Positions 19,847 through 30,187 of a DNA stretch of 64,000 nt are shown here, in pieces; the first letter of the stretch is position 1, and each line of letters begins with the position of its first letter. The stretch comes from Planctomycetota bacterium (lineage in GTDB: Bacteria > Planctomycetota > SZUA-567 > H5-PLA8). The translations under genes were made by a program, and so were the position numbers. The DNA lies in assembly GCA_035308565.1 (NCBI GenBank), contig DATGGK010000269.1, positions 23,656 through 87,655 of the forward strand. Reading direction: 5' to 3'. Under the pieces are notes generated by a model. It searched no databases, had not been told where the DNA came from, and saw nothing but the letters and a program-made list of their open reading frames with translations.

Positions 19847-20173
19847 ATGCATAAGACTAAAGAAAACCTGGCAAAGCCTTCGAAGAGTCACGATCAGAAT
19901 ATTCGGGACGCCTACGAAACGGCGAATGAGGAGGATTACGAGGCCATCGGCGGCGAAACATCCACCGAAGGCGTCGGGCGTGGTTACGATGCCGAAGGAC
20001 CGGACGCCAGCCCCACCGAAAAGGCAGAAAGCACCGCCGACGGCCCAATAAGCGGCGAACTTGCCGATTCGCCTTCAGAATTGCCGGCCAAAAGGAACCG
20101 CGCGCAAAAGGGAGTTCAACGCGCGGACACCAAAAGCAATCACGCAGCGGTGAACAATACAAAATCGATTTAG
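19847..20173 (+). CDS. Small acidic hydrophilic protein, probably intrinsically disordered (stress-protein-like)
   Basis: ATG at 19847 preceded by GGGGGAA; the track ORF frame begins at a TTG at 19784. Asp/Glu/Gly/Ala-rich sequence. Confidence 0.4.
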   Translation: MHKTKENLAKPSKSHDQNIRDAYETANEEDYEAIGGETSTEGVGRGYDAEGPDASPTEKAESTADGPISGELADSPSELPAKRNRAQKGVQRADTKSNHAAVNNTKSI

Positions 20174-20258
20174 CACGTCGAAGGATCCTCTCTCATTTTG
20201 AGAGTGGCTGCGGAGTAATGGGGGCATTTTCATTGGATTGGGGCGAGTGGTACTCCGC

Positions 20259-20951
20259 TCACCGTGGTTGTCCCTCATTCTTTGCGCCCTCATTTTTTCT
20301 TTTTCCACGACACAATACTATGGGTGGTTTTCGATTCTTAGTTGGTAAGGTTTTCTTAATGGGAGGCAGACGACGGCAACGGTTGCCCGGCGGCTTGGAT
20401 GGAATGCTCTGCGGCGCCTCGATTGGATATGTGATTTTGGCGCCTCGGACTTTGGCGAAGGGAGTAAGCATATGAACTTTGAATTGGGTTGCACTCATGA
20501 TGTCCCCGCTGTGGATTCCGCGGACCAGCAGGGCATCGGCGATGAGCGAACGGTGGCAGTGCCACGGCACCGCCTCAGCACACATCAAAACGATTCGCTC
20601 CCGCTTCGCCAACTGGATCAACGCATTGAGACTCTGCTCAAATTCCGGCGTTTGCATGTAATCCGCATATCGTCGAAACGAAGCATTGCGCCATCCCAAG
20701 TTGAGTGACTCGGGCCTCGCATGACGAAGTCCGCCCAGTCCCGGCATGTGAATGTAACGTATGCCGGCCTTCTTCAATGAATGTGGCAGCGAATCTTTGT
20801 TGAATTGCGGGTTATGCCGGGAGCGCGGCACGGTCCGCACATCCACCACGCAAGTTGCACCGCGTGCCTGGATCAGTTGGATAAATTCCTGAAGCGTGCG
20901 CGTAGAGTGGCCAATCGTCAGCACGGCGTGCGACGGTTTTTCATTGAGCAT
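20259..20951 (-). CDS. DUF488-family protein with an unusual basic, Pro-rich C-terminal extension
   Basis: TIGHSTRTLQEFIQLIQARGATCVVDVRTVPRSR...IRYIHMPGLGG...LMCAEAVPWHCHRSLIADALL matches the DUF488 pattern recalled from Pfam (conserved CxE...CHR). It is 230 aa; family members are typically 120-190 aa. Confidence 0.65.
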   Translation of the reverse strand: MLNEKPSHAVLTIGHSTRTLQEFIQLIQARGATCVVDVRTVPRSRHNPQFNKDSLPHSLKKAGIRYIHMPGLGGLRHARPESLNLGWRNASFRRYADYMQTPEFEQSLNALIQLAKRERIVLMCAEAVPWHCHRSLIADALLVRGIHSGDIMSATQFKVHMLTPFAKVRGAKITYPIEAPQSIPSKPPGNRCRRLPPIKKTLPTKNRKPPIVLCRGKRKNEGAKNEGQPR

Positions 20952-21025
20952 TGTTGTCCTCTCATGCGGTTCCGCATGAACTCAAACTACACCGACTGTC
21001 GTTCCGTATTCAAAACTGCCCGTGT

Positions 21026-21069
21026 GCGGGTTTTACCCCATAGCCGCCGCCGGAATTTCCGTTACACCA
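21026..21069 (+). promoter_or_regulatory. Promoter-like motif, instance 4: GCGGGTTTTACCCCATAGCC plus TTACACCA 16 nt downstream, upstream of the glucan synthase
   Basis: The most divergent copy. It lies in the divergent region between the DUF488 gene and the glucan synthase. Confidence 0.35.
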
Positions 21070-21094
21070 AAGATGCGTTAAACGGCAACGTTGA

Positions 21095-24000
21095 ATGCAA
21101 ATCCAGTTTTCGATTTTGAAAACGTATAACGCGCATCGCAGGGAGTCCACGGCCATTCTTAACCACTTGCCCAATTTCGTCAAAAACGTTCGCCTTCGAT
21201 GGAATGGCCGGCTTCCCGAAGGTGGTGCGGCGCATGGTAGCGCGGAAGCCGAACCGCCTTTCCGCGCAGAATTGTTCAGCCCCGAACAACTGCAGAGCCA
21301 TGCGGAGGCGCTCGCAGCCATGCATCGCATCTCCACGGCGAGGCATTCGGAACGATTGCTGCCGCGGCTGAAAGAAAACGAGCGCATCATCGACCGGACG
21401 TACAACGTTGTCACGGAAATGGTTCACGACGGCGTACACGTGCCGCCGGCCGGCGAATGGCTGCTTGATAATTATTACATTATTAAAGAACATATTTCAC
21501 TCGCGCGCGAGCATCTGCCGAAGCGCTTCAGTAAGGAATTGCCGCTGCTGGACAAAGGCCCGGCGGAGGGCTTTCCGCGCATCTATCACCTCGCGACGGA
21601 ATTAATTACCCACGTCGATGGGCGCGTGGATTTGGACAATCTCAGCAGTTTCATTGCCAGCTACCAGCGTAAAGCGGAGCTGACCATCGGCGAGCTTTGG
21701 GCGATTCCCATCGTGCTGCGCCTGACACTGATTGAAAACCTGCGCCGCGTCGCGCAGCGCCTGTCCGCCGCCCGCAACGACTGTGCACTCGCTGAAAAAT
21801 GGGCGAAGCAACTTGTCCAAATGGCTGAGAAGGATCCGCAAAACTTGGTGCTCGTTCTGGCCGACATGGTCAATGCCAAACTGCCGTCGTCCAGCGCGTT
21901 TGTGGCCGAGTTGTGCCGTCGCTTGCAGGGGCAAAGTCCCACGTTGGCCCTGGCGCTCAGTTGGTTCGAGCAGCGGCTTGCGGAGCAGGGAATTTCGTCG
22001 GAGCAGTTGATTCTTTCGGAAGGGCCGGTGCAGGCGCTGGATCAGGTTTCGATCGGCAATACGATCTCCAGCCTGCGCCTGCTGAGCGCGATCGATTGGC
22101 GTGAATTTGTGGAACGCCACAGCGTGATGGAGGCGATTCTGCGCGCGGAGCCGGCCGGGATCTATCCACGCATGGATTTCGAAACGCGCGACGCGTACCG
22201 CCATACGGTCGAACGCATCGCGAAGAAATTCCGCCGGAGCGAAAGCGACGTCGCCCGCCGAATCGTTGAAATCGCCCGTGACGCTGGAGCCCATGTTGCA
22301 GATGTCCCGCCTGCAAGTTCAGAGTCGCGCAGGCGGGACGCCTGCGCCACGGCGTCAAAGCAGGCGCATATTGGCTATTACCTGGTTGACAAAGGTTTGA
22401 AAAAGGTCGCGAAGATATTCGGAGGGAGCATTTCCTCCACGCATCCGGCTGCGTGCACACGGATGGGTCTGCGCCTGTGCGGCTATCTGCTGGGACTGCT
22501 CGCGTTCACAGCGCTCCTGACCGCGCCATTCGTGCTGGCGTTGTTGTACTCCGGGATATCGGTGGTTTTGACCTGCGTGCTTTCGGTTTTGTTTGCGGTC
22601 TGCGCGTCACAAGCGGCGCTGCACATCCTCAACAGCTTGGTTGTCCGCATCGTTTCGCCGCAGCGCTTGCCGCAGATGGATTTCTCGGCGGGAATTCCGG
22701 ACGGTTGCCGCACCATGGTCGTCATACCCACGATGTTGACAGGCAGCAAAGTCGTTGACAACCTGATCGAAGGCATTGAAATTCGTTATCTTGCCAATCG
22801 AGACGACAACATCTTCTTCGCGCTGTTGACCGATTTCTCGGACGCCGCTCAGGAAACCGAACCCGGAGATGCGGCGCTTGTCACGAATCTGCAGGACAAG
22901 ATCACGGCTCTGAATATAAAATACGCCTCCGATCGTCCCACCATTTTTTTTCTCTATCACCGCCCGCGCCGTTGGAACGAGCGCGAAGGCGTCTGGATGG
23001 GAACGGAACGCAAACGCGGCAAGCTATGCGAGTTCAACCGGGCCTTGCGCAGTTGCACGCCGAGTGAATTCGGCTGCGTTTCCCAAGGGGTGGTGACCGT
23101 CGGCGATCAAACGCTGCTGCCGACCTTCAAGTATGTCATCACGCTGGATACCGACACGCAGCTTCCTCGAAACGCCGCCCGGCGCATGGCGGCGGCGATG
23201 GCGCATCCGCTGAACCGTCCCGTGTACGATGCGGCGCGAGGCCGCATCGTGGAGGGATACGGGCTGCTGCAGCCGCGCGTCGCGCTGAACCTGAGCACGT
23301 CGAGACGCACTTTCTTCGCGCGCCTCAATGCGCCGGACGCGGGCGTCGATCCCTATACGCGTATCGCCTCCGACGTGTACCAGGATTTGTTCGGCGAAGG
23401 ATCTTTTGTCGGCAAGGGGATTTACGATATCGACGCGTTCGACTACGCGTGTGGCAAGCACTTCCCCGAAAACCGCATTCTCAGCCACGATTTGATCGAA
23501 GGCTGCTACGCGCGCTCTGGGCTGCTAACGGACGCCGAGCTATACGAAGATTTTCCGGCGCGAATCAACGCCGACATCCAGCGCCGGCATCGGTGGATGC
23601 GGGGAGATTGGCAGATCGCCGGCTGGCTGCTGCCCTGGCCGCCGCATTCGAAGGGAAACAGCGCGCGCAACGCGCTCTCCGCGCTTTCGCGCTGGAAGAT
23701 CCTGGACAACTTGCGCCGAAGCGTGGTGGCACCGTGCGCCGTGATTCTGTTGGCCGCAACCTGGCTCGCCTTCCCGAAGATCGCATGGCAGGTCTCAGTG
23801 GGCGTGGTGGCGCTGACACTGCTTCCGGCGTTGTTGATGTTCGCGCAGAGCGTATTAAGCAGGGGTCGCGGGGTGCCGCGGATCCTGCACCTTCATTCGG
23901 TGATTAGAGATTTGCTGCACAATCTATGTCTAGCGTTGATGTCGCTGGTGTTCCTTGCATCCGATGCGATCTTGAGCGCCGATGCGATCGTCCGCACCGG

Positions 24001-27000
24001 CTGGCGTTTGTTGATGTCGCGGCGCAAGTTGCTCGAATGGACCACCGCCAGCGACTCGGAACGAAAGGCCGCAACCACGCTGCTGGGTTATGTGCGCGAA
24101 ATGAGCGCGACTGTGCTGTTAACGCTTCTGCTGGCGTTCGCCGTGATTCAATTCTCATCCGCGGCCATTTCCGCGGCGGTGCCGCTGCTGGCGTTGTGGC
24201 TGTTGTCGCCGCTCGTGGCGTACGTCATCAGCATCCCGCGTTCAACGCATCCAGAAACTGTCGGCGCGGACGACCGGCTTTTCCTGCGCGAAATTGCGCG
24301 CCGAACGTGGCGCTTCTTCTCCGATTTCGTCACCCCCGAAGAGCACTGGCTGCCGCCCGACAATTTCCAACAAACGCCCAAGCCCTTGATTGCCTCCAGA
24401 ACGTCGCCAACCAACATGGGCGCCGCGCTGTTGTCCACGCTGGCGGCATTCGATTTTGGTTATCTTTCGGCAAAGACGCTGGTGTTCCGCTTGAACGCGA
24501 CCCTGCAGAGCATGGCTTCGCTCCCGCGCTACCAGGGACACTTCTTCAATTGGTACAATACGCGCACCTGCCAGCCGTTGATTCCCAATTACGTGTCGTC
24601 CGTGGACAGCGGCAATTTGCTGAGCTACCTGCTGGTGTTGCGCGGCGGATTGAGCGAGCTTCACAGCGCGCGTCTGCTGCCTGACGCGGCGCATGATCTG
24701 GCGGGACTTGCCGATACGGTCCGGTGCCTGCAAGGCGCCGTGCGGGACGCGCTCGCTGAGAACAAGCCGTCCGCTTCTGAAACAGGCCGGCGGGACGCCG
24801 GCGGTACAGCTCATGTCGGTGCCGCGCAGGCATTGCTGCTGCTTGCCGCGGAGACCGCGCCAACTCTTCGAGCCCGGGTTAAAATGCTCGCGCGCTTCAT
24901 CGACGCCGCGCGTCTTTTCCATTCGACAGTTTCCAACGCATACCCGGACACCGAGGTTGTCCACTGGGCGGACGCGGTTGTGGCGCACGCGGAAGACTTG
25001 CATGAGAACGTGTTGACATACGCGCCGTGGCTGGCGCGTGACGGCGTGCCCGCATCGCTTGGAGCGGATTTGCGTTTTCAACGCTTCGAAGCGGCTTGCA
25101 GCCTGAAGTCAGCAGCCGAACTCGATTCACAGTTGGCTCCCTTTTTTGAAGAACGGCTCACGCGCCAGGGCATTGTCCCGGCCGAGCAGACAGAACTCAC
25201 TCAGTGGCGCGAAGAAATCCACGCCGGCGCGGAGAACGCGCGGCAAACATTGGCCGATGTCGAGGCGCTGAGCGATCTCTGCACTCATCTTTCCGAGATG
25301 AATTTCGATTTCCTGTTCGACCGCACCCGCCTGCTGCTGGCGATCGGCTATAACGCGTCCGATCAGCGCCTGGATGGCAGTTTCTACGACCTGCTCGCGT
25401 CCGAAGCGCGCGTAGCAAGTTACGTAGGCATTGCCCTGGGCAAACTGCCTCCGAAGCACTGGTTCATGCTGGGACGCAAACTGACCGCCAGCGGCGGCGA
25501 CCCGGCGCTGCTGTCGTGGAGCGGCTCGATGTTCGAGTACCTGATGCCCGCGCTGATCATGCCCAGCTACGAAGGCAGCTTGCTCGACCAGACCAAGAAG
25601 GCCGTCGTCAAATGGCAGATCGACTACGCCGCAAAAAACGGCATCCCGTGGGGCATCTCGGAGTCCGGATTCAGCGCGCGCGACATCGAGCAGAATTACC
25701 AATACCGCGCGTTTGGCGTGCCCGGGCTCGGCTTTAAACGCGGCCTCTCCGAGGACCTGGTGATCGCACCCTATGCGAGCGTCATGGCGCTCATGGTTGC
25801 GCCCCGGCAGGCGTGCGCCAACCTGCGCGAACTGGCGGGCCTTCAGGCGCTGAATGCGTACGGTTTTTTCGAAGCGATCGACTACACGGCTTCGCGGCTT
25901 CGAAAAGGGCAGAAGCTCTCGATCGTTCGTTCGTTCATGGCCCACCATCAGGGCATGAGCATGCTGGCGCTGACGCACTTCCTGTTGGACAAGCCCATGC
26001 AGCGGCGCTTTTCCTTGGACCCGCGCCTGAGAGCGACGGACTTGCTGTTGCAGGAGCGCGTGCCCCGCACCGCTGTGCCGATCTACCCGCATTCGGCCGA
26101 GGAAGAGCATCTCGAAACGAAAGCCGAACCCAAAGGCGCCCGAATTCGCGAGTTCAAAACGCCCGACACGGCGTCGCCGGAAGTTCAACTTTTATCCAAC
26201 GGCCGCTATCACGTCATGCTGACCAGTGCCGGCGGTGGATATAGCCGCTGCAAGGACTTGGCCTTGACGCGCTGGAGTGAGGACGGCACCTGCGATCCCT
26301 GGGGGCAATTCTGTTACATCCGCGATGTGGAATCCGGACGGGTTTGGTCGGCAACCCATCAACCTACTTTGGATGGTGCCGGAACCGGCGGCGATTTCCT
26401 GGTTCATTTCGGGCATTCCAGCGCCGAATTCCGGCGGCAGGAAATGGGCATCACCACGCACTTGGATGTCTGCGTGTCTCCGGAAGACGACGTGGAATTA
26501 CGCCTGCTGAAAGTGGCTAATGCCTCGCGCGTCAAGCGCCGTATTGAAGTCGTCACCTATGCCGAAGTCGTGCTGAATACTTCGGGCGCGGACCAGTCGC
26601 ATCCCGCATTCAGCAACCTCTTCGTACAAACGGAAATCGTCAAAGAGAAAAGCGCGATTCTGTGCACGCGCCGTCCGCGCGGAGAGCATGAGACGCCCGT
26701 CTGGCTCTTCCATCAAGTCACGTTCAAGGGAAATGTGCCCGGCGATGTGTCCTTTGAGACGGACCGCGCGAAATTCATTGGACGCGGCGGGTCTTTGAAG
26801 AATCCGCTGGCGTTGCGGGAAACCCAAGCGCATTCCGGCACGTGCGGATCGGTGCTGGACCCGATTGTCTCGGTTCGGCGCACGATCGAACTTCAGCCCA
26901 TGGAAAGCGTTGAATTGCAGTTGGTCACGGGCGTCGCCGACAGCCGCGCGGCGGCATTGGGACTGGTCGACAAATTTCAGGACTACCGGCTGTGCGAACG

Positions 27001-30000
27001 CGCATTCGAGGTGTCGTGGACGAACAGCAAAGTGGTCTTGAGCCAGTTGAACGCCGACGAATCCGACGCGCAGGTCTTCTGCGAACTGGCCGCGCCGATT
27101 CTCTTCGCGTCGCCGTTCCATCGCGCCGCGCCGGGCGTGCTGGCCCGTAATAAACGCAACCAATCGGGCCTGTGGGGCCAGGGGATTTCCGGCGACTATC
27201 CGATCGTTCTCCTGCGGATCAGCGACGTCGCCAACATCGAACTGGCGCGCGAGGCGTTGAAGGCTCATGCCTTCCTGCGCATGAAGGGCCTGGCCTTCGA
27301 TCTGGTCATCTGGAACGAAGATTCGTCGATGTATCGCCAGTCGCTCCATGATGAGTTGATGGGCGTCGTGATGACGGGTACGGAGGCCGGCATGCTCGAC
27401 AAGCCGGGCGGCATCTTCATTCGCCGCGGCGATCAGATCGCGGAAGAAGACCGCGTGCTGCTGCAAACGCTCGCTCGCGTGACGCTTCAGGAAGGCCGCG
27501 GACGATTGGAGGATCAAATCCAACGCCGTGCGATCGCCGAGTTCAGGCCGCCGAAATTTGTGCCCACGCGCATGGGACTGCTCCATCAGGCTCCGGCGCG
27601 GCCGAACGCCACACCGCGGCCTTTTGCGATCGAAGCCTTGAAATTCTTCAACGGAACCGGCGGCGCCGCAGTGGTGCAGACGTCCCGCTCGCACGATTCT
27701 GGAATTGCAGGCGAGACGCCTGCGCTACGGGACACGTCCGGCGGCGGTTTTTCGAGGGACGGCCGCGAATACATCCTTTTATTGAAGCACGGATACAGCA
27801 CACCGGCTCCGTGGTGTAACGTGATCGCTAATTCATTTTTTGGCACCGTCATCTCCGAAAGCGGCAGCGCGTATTCGTGGGCGGAGAACGCACACGAATA
27901 TCGTTTGACGCCCTGGCACAACGACGCGGTGCTCGACGGGAGCGGTGAATGTTTCTATTTACGCGATGAAGAAACCGGTTACTTCTGGTCGCCCACGCCC
28001 AAGCCGGTGCGCGGCGAAAGCGATTACCGCGTGCGGCACGGCTTCGGCTACAGCATCTTCGAGACGGTCCACAATGGCATTCGATCCGAAATGACCGTGT
28101 TCGTCGTGCCGGACGCGCCGGTGAAGATCGTGCTGCTGAAACTGCGCAACGAATCCGCCGAGCGGCGTGTGATGACGGCCACTGCGTATTGGGAATGGGT
28201 GCTCGGGGAAGGCCGGCCGAAAAACGCGCAGCATGTAGTTACGGAGCCCGACCGCACGGGCGCAATCTACGCGCGAAATGCATACAATACCGATTTTCAA
28301 AGCCGGGTTAGTTTCTGCACCGTCAGCGACCGGAACCGTTCGGTCACCTGCGACCGGGCGGAATTCATCGGCCGAAACGGGAGGCTTGAAAATCCGGCTG
28401 CCATGCGCAGTACGCGCTTGTCCGGACGCGTCGGGGCAGGTTTGGATCCGTGTACCGTCTTTCAAGTAAAAGTTGACTTCCATCCGGGCGAGGAACGCTG
28501 GGTTGCCTTTGCGCTGGGTGCCGGAAAGAATGCCTCCGAAGCGCAAGCTCTCGCCCAACGCTACCAATCCGTGGACACGGCCCAGCGCGCGTTGGAACGA
28601 GTGCGCCAGAACTGGCGGCGCACTCTAGGCGCGATTCAGATCGAGACGCCCGATCCGGCATTCGATACGCTCGCCAACGGATGGCTGATCTACCAAGTTT
28701 TGTCGTGCCGCGTTTGCGCGCGCAGCGGATTTTATCAGTCGGGCGGAGCCTACGGCTTCCGCGATCAATTGCAGGACGTGATGGCGTTGACTTTTGCCGC
28801 GCCCGAATTGACCCGCGAGCACGTGCTGCGTTGCGCCGCGCGCCAATTCGAAGACGGCGACGTCCAGCATTGGTGGCATCCGCCTGTCGGACGCGGCGTT
28901 CGCACCAAGTTCTCCGACGATTATCTCTGGCTGCCTTACGCCGTCAGCCGGTACGTGCTGACCACGGGGGACACCGGCGTGCTCAGCGAGAGCGCGTTCT
29001 TTTCCGTAGGCCGCGCGTTGAAGCCCGAAGAGGAAGCCTACTACGACGTGCCTCATCCATCGGATAAATCCTCGACTCTTTACGAGCACTGCAAGCGTGC
29101 GCTGACCCATGCGCTGCAACGCATGGGCCAGCACGGCCTGCCGCTGATGGGTTGCGGCGACTGGAACGACGGCATGAATCTGGTTGGAATCAAAGGCCAA
29201 GGCGAAAGCGTGTGGCTGGCCTTTTTCCTCCACGACGTCCTGACTCAATTCGGAGCCGTGGCGCAACGCGTGAGTGACGCATCGATGCAGCAGATGTGCG
29301 AAGAAGGCGTAAAACAGTTGCGTACAGCTATCGGCTTGCACGCGTGGGACGGCAACTGGTATCTGCGGGCATTCTTCGACAATGGCCAGCCCCTGGGTTC
29401 CGCGTCCAACCCGGAATGCCAGATCGACTCCCTGCCGCAAAGCTGGGCGGTGCTCTCCAAGGCCGGCGATCCCGATCGCTGCCGGCACGCCATGAATGCC
29501 GTCTTTGAGCGGCTGGTTCACAAAGACCAGCGCTTGATTCAGCTCTTCACTCCTCCGTTCGACAAGTCGGATTTGAACCCGGGCTATATCAAAGCGTATG
29601 TGCCCGGCGTCCGCGAAAACGGAGGACAATACACGCACGCCGCGATTTGGGCCGTGATGGCCTTTGCGGAGCTTGGTGACGTCGAACGCGCGTGGGATCT
29701 GTTGCGAATGCTTAATCCCATTAATCATGGGTCAACGGCTGAGGATATCGACATCTACAAGGTTGAGCCTTACGTCATGGCGGCGGACGTGTATGCTTTG
29801 CCGCCGCATACGGGGCGCGGAGGCTGGACATGGTACACCGGTTCCGCCGGCTGGATGTATCGTTTGATGATCGAGACGCTGTTGGGCATTCGACGCGAAG
29901 TCAACGTGCTGAAGGTTCAGCCGCGCGTGCCCAAAAGCTGGAAGACTTTCTCGATTCAATATCGCTTCCGCGAAACGTTGTATCGCATCAAAGTCGAGCG

Positions 30001-30175
30001 AACTTTGGATACTCCGGGCGTCGTTGTCGATGGCGTAGGACAGAAAGAGCGCGATGGGTTTACGTTACAAAACGACGGTCGCGAGCATAACGTGGTCGTT
30101 AAGTTTTCGGATGAGAAACCTGTGGTTGTGGAAGCGGTTGCTCAGGATGCGCAGTTGCAAATGGCGCACGCATAA
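21095..30175 (+). CDS. ndvB: Cyclic beta-1,2-glucan synthase (NdvB/ChvB/Cgs family): GT84 glycosyltransferase core with TM segments plus a C-terminal GH94 glucan-phosphorylase-like domain
   Basis: 3026-aa single ORF. The N-terminal region (RAELFSPEQLQSHAEALAAMH), the multi-TM GT domain, and the long C-terminal (alpha/alpha)6 GH94-like region with the conserved GCGDWNDGMN motif all match what is remembered of Brucella/Sinorhizobium Cgs/NdvB. Confidence 0.88.
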   Translation: MQIQFSILKTYNAHRRESTAILNHLPNFVKNVRLRWNGRLPEGGAAHGSAEAEPPFRAELFSPEQLQSHAEALAAMHRISTARHSERLLPRLKENERIIDRTYNVVTEMVHDGVHVPPAGEWLLDNYYIIKEHISLAREHLPKRFSKELPLLDKGPAEGFPRIYHLATELITHVDGRVDLDNLSSFIASYQRKAELTIGELWAIPIVLRLTLIENLRRVAQRLSAARNDCALAEKWAKQLVQMAEKDPQNLVLVLADMVNAKLPSSSAFVAELCRRLQGQSPTLALALSWFEQRLAEQGISSEQLILSEGPVQALDQVSIGNTISSLRLLSAIDWREFVERHSVMEAILRAEPAGIYPRMDFETRDAYRHTVERIAKKFRRSESDVARRIVEIARDAGAHVADVPPASSESRRRDACATASKQAHIGYYLVDKGLKKVAKIFGGSISSTHPAACTRMGLRLCGYLLGLLAFTALLTAPFVLALLYSGISVVLTCVLSVLFAVCASQAALHILNSLVVRIVSPQRLPQMDFSAGIPDGCRTMVVIPTMLTGSKVVDNLIEGIEIRYLANRDDNIFFALLTDFSDAAQETEPGDAALVTNLQDKITALNIKYASDRPTIFFLYHRPRRWNEREGVWMGTERKRGKLCEFNRALRSCTPSEFGCVSQGVVTVGDQTLLPTFKYVITLDTDTQLPRNAARRMAAAMAHPLNRPVYDAARGRIVEGYGLLQPRVALNLSTSRRTFFARLNAPDAGVDPYTRIASDVYQDLFGEGSFVGKGIYDIDAFDYACGKHFPENRILSHDLIEGCYARSGLLTDAELYEDFPARINADIQRRHRWMRGDWQIAGWLLPWPPHSKGNSARNALSALSRWKILDNLRRSVVAPCAVILLAATWLAFPKIAWQVSVGVVALTLLPALLMFAQSVLSRGRGVPRILHLHSVIRDLLHNLCLALMSLVFLASDAILSADAIVRTGWRLLMSRRKLLEWTTASDSERKAATTLLGYVREMSATVLLTLLLAFAVIQFSSAAISAAVPLLALWLLSPLVAYVISIPRSTHPETVGADDRLFLREIARRTWRFFSDFVTPEEHWLPPDNFQQTPKPLIASRTSPTNMGAALLSTLAAFDFGYLSAKTLVFRLNATLQSMASLPRYQGHFFNWYNTRTCQPLIPNYVSSVDSGNLLSYLLVLRGGLSELHSARLLPDAAHDLAGLADTVRCLQGAVRDALAENKPSASETGRRDAGGTAHVGAAQALLLLAAETAPTLRARVKMLARFIDAARLFHSTVSNAYPDTEVVHWADAVVAHAEDLHENVLTYAPWLARDGVPASLGADLRFQRFEAACSLKSAAELDSQLAPFFEERLTRQGIVPAEQTELTQWREEIHAGAENARQTLADVEALSDLCTHLSEMNFDFLFDRTRLLLAIGYNASDQRLDGSFYDLLASEARVASYVGIALGKLPPKHWFMLGRKLTASGGDPALLSWSGSMFEYLMPALIMPSYEGSLLDQTKKAVVKWQIDYAAKNGIPWGISESGFSARDIEQNYQYRAFGVPGLGFKRGLSEDLVIAPYASVMALMVAPRQACANLRELAGLQALNAYGFFEAIDYTASRLRKGQKLSIVRSFMAHHQGMSMLALTHFLLDKPMQRRFSLDPRLRATDLLLQERVPRTAVPIYPHSAEEEHLETKAEPKGARIREFKTPDTASPEVQLLSNGRYHVMLTSAGGGYSRCKDLALTRWSEDGTCDPWGQFCYIRDVESGRVWSATHQPTLDGAGTGGDFLVHFGHSSAEFRRQEMGITTHLDVCVSPEDDVELRLLKVANASRVKRRIEVVTYAEVVLNTSGADQSHPAFSNLFVQTEIVKEKSAILCTRRPRGEHETPVWLFHQVTFKGNVPGDVSFETDRAKFIGRGGSLKNPLALRETQAHSGTCGSVLDPIVSVRRTIELQPMESVELQLVTGVADSRAAALGLVDKFQDYRLCERAFEVSWTNSKVVLSQLNADESDAQVFCELAAPILFASPFHRAAPGVLARNKRNQSGLWGQGISGDYPIVLLRISDVANIELAREALKAHAFLRMKGLAFDLVIWNEDSSMYRQSLHDELMGVVMTGTEAGMLDKPGGIFIRRGDQIAEEDRVLLQTLARVTLQEGRGRLEDQIQRRAIAEFRPPKFVPTRMGLLHQAPARPNATPRPFAIEALKFFNGTGGAAVVQTSRSHDSGIAGETPALRDTSGGGFSRDGREYILLLKHGYSTPAPWCNVIANSFFGTVISESGSAYSWAENAHEYRLTPWHNDAVLDGSGECFYLRDEETGYFWSPTPKPVRGESDYRVRHGFGYSIFETVHNGIRSEMTVFVVPDAPVKIVLLKLRNESAERRVMTATAYWEWVLGEGRPKNAQHVVTEPDRTGAIYARNAYNTDFQSRVSFCTVSDRNRSVTCDRAEFIGRNGRLENPAAMRSTRLSGRVGAGLDPCTVFQVKVDFHPGEERWVAFALGAGKNASEAQALAQRYQSVDTAQRALERVRQNWRRTLGAIQIETPDPAFDTLANGWLIYQVLSCRVCARSGFYQSGGAYGFRDQLQDVMALTFAAPELTREHVLRCAARQFEDGDVQHWWHPPVGRGVRTKFSDDYLWLPYAVSRYVLTTGDTGVLSESAFFSVGRALKPEEEAYYDVPHPSDKSSTLYEHCKRALTHALQRMGQHGLPLMGCGDWNDGMNLVGIKGQGESVWLAFFLHDVLTQFGAVAQRVSDASMQQMCEEGVKQLRTAIGLHAWDGNWYLRAFFDNGQPLGSASNPECQIDSLPQSWAVLSKAGDPDRCRHAMNAVFERLVHKDQRLIQLFTPPFDKSDLNPGYIKAYVPGVRENGGQYTHAAIWAVMAFAELGDVERAWDLLRMLNPINHGSTAEDIDIYKVEPYVMAADVYALPPHTGRGGWTWYTGSAGWMYRLMIETLLGIRREVNVLKVQPRVPKSWKTFSIQYRFRETLYRIKVERTLDTPGVVVDGVGQKERDGFTLQNDGREHNVVVKFSDEKPVVVEAVAQDAQLQMAHA

Positions 30176-30187
30176 AGAGCGATATCA

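Noticed and set aside
21602-29728. Numerous minus-strand ORFs up to 398 aa within the cyclic glucan synthase gene
   Set aside because: Antisense to a single continuous 3026-aa ORF with clear family motifs.
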